This document shows, piece by piece, positions 48,925 through 56,844 of a stretch of 64,000 nt of DNA. The position numbers and the translations under genes are program-made. Source of the DNA: Paracoccaceae bacterium (GTDB lineage Bacteria > Pseudomonadota > Alphaproteobacteria > Rhodobacterales > Rhodobacteraceae). The stretch lies in assembly GCA_965267475.1 (NCBI GenBank), contig OZ254079.1:1438209-1502208 (forward strand), read 5' to 3'. Position 1 is the stretch's first letter. The number at the start of each line of letters is the position of its first letter. The notes beneath the pieces were generated by a model. That model had not been told where the DNA came from and did not search any database. It worked only from the letters and a program-made list of their open reading frames with translations.

Positions 48925-49569
48925 CTAGAAGGGATGGGGCCGCCCGTCCCATGTCTCGAAGACGCCGCTGGTTTCTGGCCCCAACGCGTCAAACCGGTCG
49001 ATCAGACCGGCCACGGCCTCGTCCACGGTGATGTCCGCCGCGCCGCCACCCATATCCGTTTGAACCCAGCCCGGATGATAAATCCCGACCGATACTCCGT
49101 CTGATGCCAGGTCAGCGGCCAGATTCCGGCCCAGGTTCAGCGCCGCCGCCTTGGATGCGCGATAGGCGTAAGACCCGCCCGGTGCACGCGTATGGGATGC
49201 CATTTGGCTCGAAATCACAGCGATCCTGCCATCCGCGATCCGCAAGTTCTGAAGCGCGGCGCGCACCGAAAAGAAGACGCCCGCAACATTTGTGGCAAAG
49301 CTGTCCGCCCAGATGTCCGGACCGAAGCCCGTTTCCAGCGCATGGCCCTTGTCGGCATAAATGCCTGCATTGCAAATCAACAGATCCAGGGGCGCCGTGC
49401 CCAAAGCGTCTTCGACCACGCCGAAGGACCCGGGATTGCGAACATCGAGCGGCAAAAGACCATCCTGTCCCGACCGGGATGTCCCGATCACATCGTCTCC
49501 GCGCTTTTTGTAGGCCGCCAAAAGCCCTGCGCCAATCCCGCGATTGGCACCCGTGATCAGAACGCGCAT
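48925..49569 (-). CDS. SDR family oxidoreductase (short, C-factor-like)
   Basis: MRVLITGANRGIGAGL (TGxxxGIG) and YRASKAA (YxxxK). Confidence 0.8.
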   Translation of the reverse strand: MRVLITGANRGIGAGLLAAYKKRGDDVIGTSRSGQDGLLPLDVRNPGSFGVVEDALGTAPLDLLICNAGIYADKGHALETGFGPDIWADSFATNVAGVFFSVRAALQNLRIADGRIAVISSQMASHTRAPGGSYAYRASKAAALNLGRNLAADLASDGVSVGIYHPGWVQTDMGGGAADITVDEAVAGLIDRFDALGPETSGVFETWDGRPHPF

Positions 49570-49573
49570 TCGG

Positions 49574-49996
49574 TCAATTCGCTTTTGTTTTGGGAATGAA
49601 GGGCAGGGGCGCCACAGGAACCCCGTCTTCGATCAGCTTCTTGGCATCGTCCTTATGGGCCTCGCCATAGATCGCGCGATCCGGTGCCTCACCTTCATGG
49701 ATGGCACGCGCTTCAGAGGCAAAATTCATTCCGACATAGTCGGAATTGTCTTCGATTTCCTTGCGCATCGCCGCAAGCGCCTTCTCCATTTCGCCGTCAG
49801 GCTTGGAAAGGACCGGGGTCTTGCCCGTCTTCGACGTCTTGACCGGCGGTGCCATCAGCGATTTTTCAATTTCGTCCGATCCGCAAGTCGGGCAGGTCAC
49901 GTGGCCGGCCGCCTTCAGGCTGTCAAACGCCTCGTTCGACTGAAACCAGCTTTCAAAGCCGTGCCCGTCGGCGCATCTGAGCGAAAATCGGATCAT
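49574..49996 (-). CDS. DUF1178 family protein
   Basis: MIRFSLRCADGHGFESWFQSNEAFDSLKAAGHVTCPTCGSDEIEKSLMAP, a zinc-ribbon-like N-terminus typical of DUF1178. The track start at 50233 is rejected. Confidence 0.7.
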   Translation of the reverse strand: MIRFSLRCADGHGFESWFQSNEAFDSLKAAGHVTCPTCGSDEIEKSLMAPPVKTSKTGKTPVLSKPDGEMEKALAAMRKEIEDNSDYVGMNFASEARAIHEGEAPDRAIYGEAHKDDAKKLIEDGVPVAPLPFIPKTKAN

Positions 49997-50099
49997 CACG
50001 TCCTGCCAGTTAACCGGGCCAGAACTTAAGGCCCAATTACCGGAATGCAATCCAAATGCAGAGTGGCCGGGGCGTCCGGACCGGTCTAGGTTTCCGGGA

Positions 50100-51242
50100 A
50101 TGTCGCGTTCGTCCGCCCCCAGCCCGGCCCCCCGGTTCATCGGCTCAGAGGTCTTTCGCCATGTGGCCTTTGGCGGACAGCACCCATTGCGCATTCCGCG
50201 CGTCTCGACCGTGATCGACCTGTCCCGCGCCATGGGCTGGCTCCCCGGTTCGGCCTATATCACCTCGCCGCGCGCCCGGGCCGAAGCTTTGACCGCTTGG
50301 CATGACCCGGACTACATTCGCGCGTTCTTTCGCGCCGATGCGGAAGGCGTGGTACGCCCCGGTGATCCGGAGCGCTATGGGTTGGGCACCCTGTCGAACC
50401 CGGTATTTACAGGCATGGTCCGGCGCGCCTCGACCGCTGCGGGCGGGTCGCTTTTGGCGGGCGCACTTCTGAAAGACGGTGGTGTTATCTATCACCCGGC
50501 CGGCGGAACCCATCACGGGCTTCCGGGCCGCGCAGGCGGCTTTTGCTATTTGAATGACCCGATGCACGCGATTTTGTCGCTGCGCCATGCGGGCGTACGG
50601 CGTGTGGCCTATGTCGATATCGATGCGCATCACCCGGATGGCGTGGCCGTTGGGTTAGAGGGCGATCCCGACGCCTTGTTGATTTCGGTCCATGAAGAAA
50701 ATCGTTGGCCCTTCACGGGGGTTTTGGAAGACCGGGGCGGTGGCCAGCACTACAATCTGCCCGTTCCAAAGGGGCTTAACGACACTGAAATGGCAGCAAT
50801 CCGCGACGCGCTTATTCTGCCATTGGTTCAGGCCTTCCGGCCCGAGGCGGTCGTATTGCAATGCGGGGCGGACGCGGTGGCCGAAGACCCGCTGGCGCGG
50901 CTTGACCTGTCCAACAACGCCCATTGGGCGATGGTGGCGGCGCTAAGACCGCTGGCACCCCGATACCTTGTCCTGGGCGGCGGCGGGTATAACCCCTGGA
51001 CGGTTGGGCGCCTTTGGACAGGGGTATGGGCCACTCTGGCCGGGGCCGAGATCCCCGACCGATTGCCCGACGCCGGGGCAGAAGTTTTGCGGGATCTCAG
51101 CTGGTCCCGGCTTCGCGGACGACCGCTCGATCCCGCCTGGACCGAGACCCTGCGTGACCCACCGCGCGACGGCCCGGTTCGGGATGAGATCCGGAACCGG
51201 ATCCGGGACTTGACGACGCGCCGGTTGGGCACAGCGGCGTGA
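50100..51242 (+). CDS. histone deacetylase-family (acetoin utilisation AcuC-like) protein
   Basis: HPLRIPRVSTV, GGTHHG, DIDAHHPDGV and GGGGYN motifs of class I/II deacetylase-fold enzymes. Confidence 0.8.
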   Translation: MSRSSAPSPAPRFIGSEVFRHVAFGGQHPLRIPRVSTVIDLSRAMGWLPGSAYITSPRARAEALTAWHDPDYIRAFFRADAEGVVRPGDPERYGLGTLSNPVFTGMVRRASTAAGGSLLAGALLKDGGVIYHPAGGTHHGLPGRAGGFCYLNDPMHAILSLRHAGVRRVAYVDIDAHHPDGVAVGLEGDPDALLISVHEENRWPFTGVLEDRGGGQHYNLPVPKGLNDTEMAAIRDALILPLVQAFRPEAVVLQCGADAVAEDPLARLDLSNNAHWAMVAALRPLAPRYLVLGGGGYNPWTVGRLWTGVWATLAGAEIPDRLPDAGAEVLRDLSWSRLRGRPLDPAWTETLRDPPRDGPVRDEIRNRIRDLTTRRLGTAA

Positions 51243-51781
51243 CCCGGGCTTTCTTTGCCGTTCCCTTGCCGGATGCGGTGCGGACCGAATGTCTGATTGC
51301 ACAATCCGGGATCCGGCTTGGTAGGACGGTGGCGGCAGAAAACCTGCATGTGACCTTGGTGTTTCTCGGCGAATTGGACGATCAGGCTTTGGAAGAAGCG
51401 CATTTCGTGGCCGAGAGCATTCGAGCGGAACCAGTACATCTCGCGCTTTCGCGGCTGGATGTTTTTGGGGACAGTGCACCGAGATTGATCTATGCGGCGC
51501 TGGTCCCGGACCCAGGGTTGATGGCGTTGCAGTCGAAGTTGGAAACGGGGCTTCGTCGGGTGGGGATCGACATCCCAAGGCGGCGCTTTGTTGCCCATGT
51601 CACGCTGGCACGCCTGAAAGAGCGGTCCGAAGAAGCCGCGCCCGTCCAGGCGTTTTTGGCGGCTCATGGCGGGTTGTCTGCCGTGGGGCATCCAACCTCC
51701 TTTGGCCTTTATGCGTCGACGCTGCACCCCGAAGGGCCGATCTATGAGGAACTGGCGTCCTATCCTTTGGGCCTGACCTGA
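51239..51781 (+). CDS. thpR: RNA 2',3'-cyclic phosphodiesterase (2H family)
   Basis: Two HxTx motifs (HVTLVFLG and HVTLARL). GTG start overlaps the upstream stop by 4 nt. Confidence 0.8.
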   Translation: MTRAFFAVPLPDAVRTECLIAQSGIRLGRTVAAENLHVTLVFLGELDDQALEEAHFVAESIRAEPVHLALSRLDVFGDSAPRLIYAALVPDPGLMALQSKLETGLRRVGIDIPRRRFVAHVTLARLKERSEEAAPVQAFLAAHGGLSAVGHPTSFGLYASTLHPEGPIYEELASYPLGLT

Positions 51782-51864
51782 TCTAATTGCGCGGCTGCGC
51801 CGCATTGCTTTCTCTCGTCCTCGGCCCCGGGCCTCGTCCTCGGGCCGCCCCACCGCAGGCGCGA

Positions 51865-52833
51865 TCAGGGTTGCGGGGTTCCGCCTGAGAGAACCGTCTG
51901 GAACCAGGCCGTATCGATATTGCCGCCGCAAAGGACCGTCGCAGCCTGTTGGCCTTGGACCAGGTCCTTTTCCTGGAGGAGCGCCGCAAGGGGGGCCGCG
52001 CCCGCGCCTTCGGCGAGATTATGGGTATCGGTGAAATAGATCCGTATGGCCTCGGCCACCTCATCATCGCTGACCGTCACGAAACGGGCCGCGCCCGGCG
52101 CATAAATGTCGAGCGCTTCTTGCACTGGTACGCGCACGGCCATTCCGTCTGCAAAGGTTTTGGCCGAGTTCGACGGGGAAAGCCGGCCCGTTTCGGCGGA
52201 CCGTTTGGCACTTTGCGCATTGTCTGACACGACGGCTACGATCTCGGCCGGATGGTCGAGCGCATCGCGCGCCGCGATGGCCCCGCAGATGCCGGACCCA
52301 CAGCCGATCGGCACGTAAAGCGTCGTCAGCTTGGGAAGCGCGGTCAGAAGTTCATAGGAATAGGTCGCCACGCCCCGGACGAGTTCGGTGTGAAATGGCG
52401 GTACGAAGTACAACCCTTCAGCCTTGGCCCGGGCCATGGCCGCTTCGCGGGCTTCATCGAAGTCGTCGCCAATTTCGACAAGCTCGGCACCGAACGCCCG
52501 CATGGCTGCATTCTTCTCAACCGAATTACCATGGGGCGCATAGATGACAGCACGGAGCCCGGCTGCGCGCGCGGCGCGCGCCTGGGATTGGCCATGATTG
52601 CCACGCGTGGCGGTTATGATCCCCGGACAGTCGGGCTTTGTTCGCCTTAGCCAGTCGATGAATGTAATCCCGCCCCGAACCTTGAATGCGCCCGTGGGCG
52701 CGTGGTTTTCGTGCTTCACCCAGACCTCGGCACCGGCCCGATGGCTTAGCGTTGGCCAGTGATGCTGGGCCGTTGGGGCCATGTGGCGGTAGACGAGGCG
52801 CGCGGCGTCTTCCAGTTCGGCCTTGGTGAACAT
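51865..52833 (-). CDS. threonine/serine dehydratase-family PLP enzyme
   Basis: PLP-lysine motif PTGAFKVRG, glycine loop GCGSGICG, 322 aa. Confidence 0.8.
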   Translation of the reverse strand: MFTKAELEDAARLVYRHMAPTAQHHWPTLSHRAGAEVWVKHENHAPTGAFKVRGGITFIDWLRRTKPDCPGIITATRGNHGQSQARAARAAGLRAVIYAPHGNSVEKNAAMRAFGAELVEIGDDFDEAREAAMARAKAEGLYFVPPFHTELVRGVATYSYELLTALPKLTTLYVPIGCGSGICGAIAARDALDHPAEIVAVVSDNAQSAKRSAETGRLSPSNSAKTFADGMAVRVPVQEALDIYAPGAARFVTVSDDEVAEAIRIYFTDTHNLAEGAGAAPLAALLQEKDLVQGQQAATVLCGGNIDTAWFQTVLSGGTPQP

Positions 52834-53669
52834 CAGGGATGGGCTGCCGCTTCGACGGCCCGGAGACGGATGAGAAGCCCTGCCATGTCGTCCAGATGCA
52901 CCATATTCGGCCCGTCCGACGGCGCATTGTCCGGATCGTCATGGGTTTCAACGAAAAGCGCCGCGCAGCCCACTGCCACGGCCGCGCGCGCAAGAGGTGG
53001 CACCATGGTCCGGTCGCCGCCGGTCGACGTGCCCTGGCCACCTGGTTGCTGCACCGAATGGGTGGCGTCGAAAACAACCGGATACCCGGTTTCGGCCATT
53101 TGCGGGAGTGCCCGGAAGTCAGAGACCAGAGTGTTATAGCCAAAGGACGTGCCCCGTTCGCAGAGCATGATCTGGTCATTGCCGGTCGAGGCGATCTTAT
53201 CGGCCACGTTCCGCATATCCCAGGGCGCAAGAAATTGGCCCTTCTTCACATTGACTGCCTTGCCGGTGGCACCTGCAGCCAGAAGGAGATCGGTCTGGCG
53301 ACACAGGAAGGCCGGGATTTGCAGGACATCGACGGCTTCGGCGACAGGAGCGCAGTGATCGGGCAGATGAACATCGGTCAGAACCGGGCACCCAAAGGTT
53401 TGGCGAACCTCGGCCAGGATGTTCAAACCCTCTTCCATCCCGATCCCACGCGCGGCACCGATCGAGGATCGGTTTGCCTTGTCGTAGCTTGATTTGTAGA
53501 TCCAGGGGATGCCTGCGGCGCCAGCGGCCTTGGCGATCTCTTCCGCCACATGCATGGCATGGTCGCGGCTTTCAATCTGGCAGGGGCCAGCGATCAGCGC
53601 GAAGGGCGAAGTGTTGGCGATCCGGATGTCGCCGATCTGCACGGTTTTCTGGGGCACTGGTTCCGTCAT
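52833..53669 (-). CDS. kdsA: 3-deoxy-8-phosphooctulonate synthase
   Basis: 278 aa from [47 protein letters not shown] and [11 protein letters not shown] motifs. The stop shares 1 nt with the downstream start. Confidence 0.9.
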   Translation of the reverse strand: MTEPVPQKTVQIGDIRIANTSPFALIAGPCQIESRDHAMHVAEEIAKAAGAAGIPWIYKSSYDKANRSSIGAARGIGMEEGLNILAEVRQTFGCPVLTDVHLPDHCAPVAEAVDVLQIPAFLCRQTDLLLAAGATGKAVNVKKGQFLAPWDMRNVADKIASTGNDQIMLCERGTSFGYNTLVSDFRALPQMAETGYPVVFDATHSVQQPGGQGTSTGGDRTMVPPLARAAVAVGCAALFVETHDDPDNAPSDGPNMVHLDDMAGLLIRLRAVEAAAHP

Positions 53670-54105
53670 CCGAGCCTCTGGATTGGGTCGAGCCGGAAAA
53701 TGCGGCAGGACGTAGGGATTTGCAATGCGATCTGACAGGGAGACGGTGGAGACCCGGACCGCCAAGACGACGAATCAACCCGGCTGTGTGCGTGTTTCCG
53801 TGCCGTACCAGCAGGCGCGGTTGGGTCACGTATCCACACGCGCCTGTCAGGGGTGCTAACATTTCGGACACGCCACGCGGTTTTGCGCTTCTTTTTGCCA
53901 GCCCACCCAAGAGAATGTGACCCGCGCCAAATGGAAAGTCGTTCAAAAACAATAGCTTGAGGAAGCTCACAATTAGGTCAGCAAAGCGGAGCTTTTTCCC
54001 AAGAACCTGTGATTGGTCAGCGACCGGCAACTTGTCCTAGGCGTCCAGTGTCGCCGTATCTCTGCGGCACCTTGACCCAAGACAATGCAAAAGAGGACCG
54101 ATCCA

Positions 54106-54411
54106 ATGTCGAACACACCCAAAACTCTCGCCGTCGCTGGCGCCGTTGCTGCCGCTCTCGCATCTTACGCCACGCTTCCCGCAAACGCGCAGGCACAGGA
54201 AAAGTGCTTCGGTGTTTCGCTTGCAGGCGAAAACGACTGTGCCGCTGGCCCGGGCACAACCTGCGCCGGTACGTCGACCGTCGACTATCAGGGCAACGCC
54301 TGGACACTGGTTGAAGCTGGCACTTGCGCCACGATCGAGTTGCCGCAGATGGCTGACGGCACCGAGCGCATGGGCTCGCTCGAAGCTCTGGAGCGTGACC
54401 TCCCGGCATAA
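54106..54411 (+). CDS. bufA: DUF2282 / BufA1-type bufferin precursor peptide (signal-peptide-bearing RiPP precursor)
   Basis: RBS aagagga lies 8 nt upstream. Sec signal [30 protein letters not shown]. The core [43 protein letters not shown] carries the four conserved Cys. Confidence 0.85.
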   Translation: MSNTPKTLAVAGAVAAALASYATLPANAQAQEKCFGVSLAGENDCAAGPGTTCAGTSTVDYQGNAWTLVEAGTCATIELPQMADGTERMGSLEALERDLPA

Positions 54412-54419
54412 GCTTTCCC

Positions 54420-54447
54420 GGGTCCCGGGGTGCGATCTCCGGGACCC
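54420..54447 (+). promoter_or_regulatory. intercistronic hairpin between precursor and modification genes
   Basis: 9-bp GC stem gggtcccgg / ccgggaccc with a 10-nt loop. It sits 9 nt after the bufA stop and 25 nt before the bufB start. Confidence 0.6.
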
Positions 54448-54471
54448 ACCCTAATAAGATGAAGGTGCCCC

Positions 54472-55332
54472 ATGCTCGACGCAGCTCAACAGCCCTTTGG
54501 ACATCTGCCAAATCGGCCCGGCGTCGGCTATAAGGCACAGCATTTCCAGGCCATCGTGGACGACCCCGCACCGGTCGAATGGCTTGAGGTTCATGCCGAG
54601 AATTACATGGGCGACGGGGGCCGCCCGATTGCCCAACTGCGCCATCTGGCTGAGCGTATGCCAATCTCGGTGCATGGCGTCGGCCTGTCGATTGGTGGCG
54701 AAGGCCCGCTGGACTCCGAGCATCTGGCACGGCTGAAGCACCTTGTCGGATGGGTGAACCCTGCAAGTTTCTCAGAACATCTTGCCTGGTCGACCCATGA
54801 CACGGGGTATTTCAATGATTTGTTGCCTCTCCCTTACACGACGGCGACCCTGACCCGCGTTGCCGAGCATATCGATCAAGTGCAAGAGACGCTTCAGCGG
54901 CGCATGCTGCTCGAGAACCCGTCGCATTATCTCGCCTTTGCCGAAAACGAGATGAGCGAGATCGAGTTTCTGAACGAGATCGTCAAACGTACCGGTTGCG
55001 GGCTGCTGTTGGATGTCAACAACGTCTTCATCTCGGCCACGAACCAGAAAACGGATCCGGTCAGCTATATCGACGCATTTCCGCTGCACGCCGTGGGCGA
55101 GATCCATCTGGCGGGTCACGATGAGGATGAGGACGACGAAGGGGCGCCGCTTCTTATTGACAGCCACGGGCGCGAAGTCGCTGACCCGGTCTGGGTGCTT
55201 TTTGCGCATACGATCGAAAAGGGCGGCGCGAAGCCGTCGCTGATCGAATGGGATACGGATGTGCCGGATTGGCCTGTCCTGGCGGCCGAAGCGGCGCGGG
55301 CCAACGACATTCTGATCGGGGCGCCCGCATGA
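54472..55332 (+). CDS. bufB: DUF692 / MNIO-family (MbnB-like) peptide-modifying iron enzyme
   Basis: VGYKAQH, LEVHAENY, VHGVGLSIGG, FSEHLAWS, LLENPSHY, LLLDVNNV, IHLAGH, LIDSHG and IEWD, the full set of TIM-barrel DUF692 motifs. Confidence 0.88.
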   Translation: MLDAAQQPFGHLPNRPGVGYKAQHFQAIVDDPAPVEWLEVHAENYMGDGGRPIAQLRHLAERMPISVHGVGLSIGGEGPLDSEHLARLKHLVGWVNPASFSEHLAWSTHDTGYFNDLLPLPYTTATLTRVAEHIDQVQETLQRRMLLENPSHYLAFAENEMSEIEFLNEIVKRTGCGLLLDVNNVFISATNQKTDPVSYIDAFPLHAVGEIHLAGHDEDEDDEGAPLLIDSHGREVADPVWVLFAHTIEKGGAKPSLIEWDTDVPDWPVLAAEAARANDILIGAPA

Positions 55333-56081
55333 CGGTCCACCAGGCGGATTTCCTGGCGGCGGTTCTGTCGCCTGAGGCAGAAGTGCCTGCCGGATTGGTG
55401 GACCCCGAGGGCGCGCCCACGACCAAGCGCTTCAATGTGTATCGAAACAACGTGGCGGTTTCCCTGACCGAGGCGTTAGAGACGGCTTTTCCAGCCATTT
55501 CAAAGCTAATCGGCGACGAGAATTTCAAGCGCGTCGCGGGCGTTTTTCTTCGCCAACATCCGCCTTCATCGCCGGTAATGATGCTTTATGGCGAGGCTTT
55601 TCCCGGGTTCCTCGATACGTTCGAGCCGCTGAAGCATCTGGGTTATCTGGCGGATGTGGCGCGACTGGAACAGGCGCTACGCCAGTCCTATCACGCTGGC
55701 GATGCGAGCCCTGTTGACCCGGCGGCCTTGCAAGCCCTGTCGCCCGCTGCCTTGATGGCCACGCGGTTTGATCTGGCACCCGCCGTTCAGGTCTTGCAGT
55801 CACCCTGGCCAGTTTACGCGATCTGGGCGTTTAACATGGTGGATGGCGCTCCGAAGCCCATCGCCAAGCCGCAATCGGTTTTGATCACCCGGCCCGAATT
55901 TGATCCGGTGGCGCAGCCCGTAGGCAGGGGCACAGCGCATCTGACCGAGGCGCTTCGGGCGGGCCTGACATTGGGCGAAGCGCTTGAGACCGCTGCCTCA
56001 GACCCGACTTTCGATTTTACGACCGCGCTGGGCCAGTTGCTTTCAGGTGCAGCCATTACTGACATAAGGACAGACCCATGA
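55329..56081 (+). CDS. bufC: DUF2063 partner protein (BufC-like, precursor-recognition subunit)
   Basis: ATGA overlap with bufB. KRFNVYRNNVAVSLTEALETAFPAISKLIGDENF is the typical DUF2063 N-terminal signature. Confidence 0.82.
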   Translation: MTVHQADFLAAVLSPEAEVPAGLVDPEGAPTTKRFNVYRNNVAVSLTEALETAFPAISKLIGDENFKRVAGVFLRQHPPSSPVMMLYGEAFPGFLDTFEPLKHLGYLADVARLEQALRQSYHAGDASPVDPAALQALSPAALMATRFDLAPAVQVLQSPWPVYAIWAFNMVDGAPKPIAKPQSVLITRPEFDPVAQPVGRGTAHLTEALRAGLTLGEALETAASDPTFDFTTALGQLLSGAAITDIRTDP

Positions 56082-56677
56082 CCCCATTGATCCGGCTCCA
56101 AGAAGCCATCTTTCGCCCTTTCGAGCGTTTGGAACCGCTGGTCATGCCGCTTCTGGCCCGGCTCGTCTTTGCAGGGGTCCTGTTTCAATACTTCTGGGCC
56201 TCGGGCCTGACCAAGCTGGGCGACGGCATTTTCGGGTTTCTGTCGCCGTCCACTGGGGCTTACGCGCAGATCTTCCCGAAGAAGGCCGAAGAAGTCCTAT
56301 ACGATGTGACGCAATTCAGCCTGTTCGAGAAGACGGTGATTTTTGCTGGGACATGGGCCGAGTTCATCTTGCCGGTGCTTCTGGTCATCGGTCTTTTTGG
56401 CCGGTTCGCTGCGTTGGGCATGATTGGTTTCGTGGTTGTCCAAAGCCTGACGGATATCTTTGGCCACGGCGCAGACGCGGAAACGATCGGTGCCTGGTTC
56501 GACAAAGCCTCGGGTTCCTTGATCCTCGATCAGCGCGCGTTTTGGGTCTTCCTTCTGCTTTATGTGGCGGTACGGGGCGCTGGGGCCTTGTCGGTGGACC
56601 GGTTTCTATTGGGCCGGCGATCCGCGGCATCTGACCTGTCGCACGAGATCGGCGGGACTGAGAGTGTCCTGAAATAG
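56078..56677 (+). CDS. DoxX family membrane protein
   Basis: ATGA overlap with bufC. Four TM segments, LLARLVFAGVLFQYFWASGLTKL. Fourth gene of the conserved operon. Confidence 0.8.
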   Translation: MTPLIRLQEAIFRPFERLEPLVMPLLARLVFAGVLFQYFWASGLTKLGDGIFGFLSPSTGAYAQIFPKKAEEVLYDVTQFSLFEKTVIFAGTWAEFILPVLLVIGLFGRFAALGMIGFVVVQSLTDIFGHGADAETIGAWFDKASGSLILDQRAFWVFLLLYVAVRGAGALSVDRFLLGRRSAASDLSHEIGGTESVLK

Positions 56678-56700
56678 ACCCAAGACCAGCTAAGCGAAGC

Positions 56701-56727
56701 GCCCGCCATATTGGCGGGCTTTTTTTT
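56701..56727 (+). terminator. rho-independent terminator of the buf operon
   Basis: gcccgcc-atatt-ggcgggc followed by tttttttt. Confidence 0.85.
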
Positions 56728-56794
56728 GCGGCGCGGCAAGGATTTCCTTTCATGCCGGCAGCGTCTTTCGCCTTGGAGTTGTGCGTTCCGTAAC

Positions 56795-56810
56795 TTAAGA
56801 CCATCTTAAC
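56795..56810 (+). promoter_or_regulatory. CtrA-type box TTAA-N7-TTAAC upstream of bphP
   Basis: TTAAGACCATCTTAAC, a perfect match to the alphaproteobacterial CtrA consensus. It ends 34 nt before the bphP ATG. Confidence 0.45.
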
Positions 56811-56844
56811 GGTTTCGCGGCCATTCACATAAAATCGAGGGAAT

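Noticed and set aside
53766-54105. Looked for an ECF-sigma-type (GGAAC-N16/17-CGT) or metal-regulator operator upstream of bufA. I noted gaacc…, ttgacc (54072) and small dyads agctt-gagg-aagct and aaagc-gga-gcttt.
   Set aside because: Spacing and sequence do not match any consensus well enough. The ttgacc is too close to the ATG to be a -35. It is not reported as a feature.
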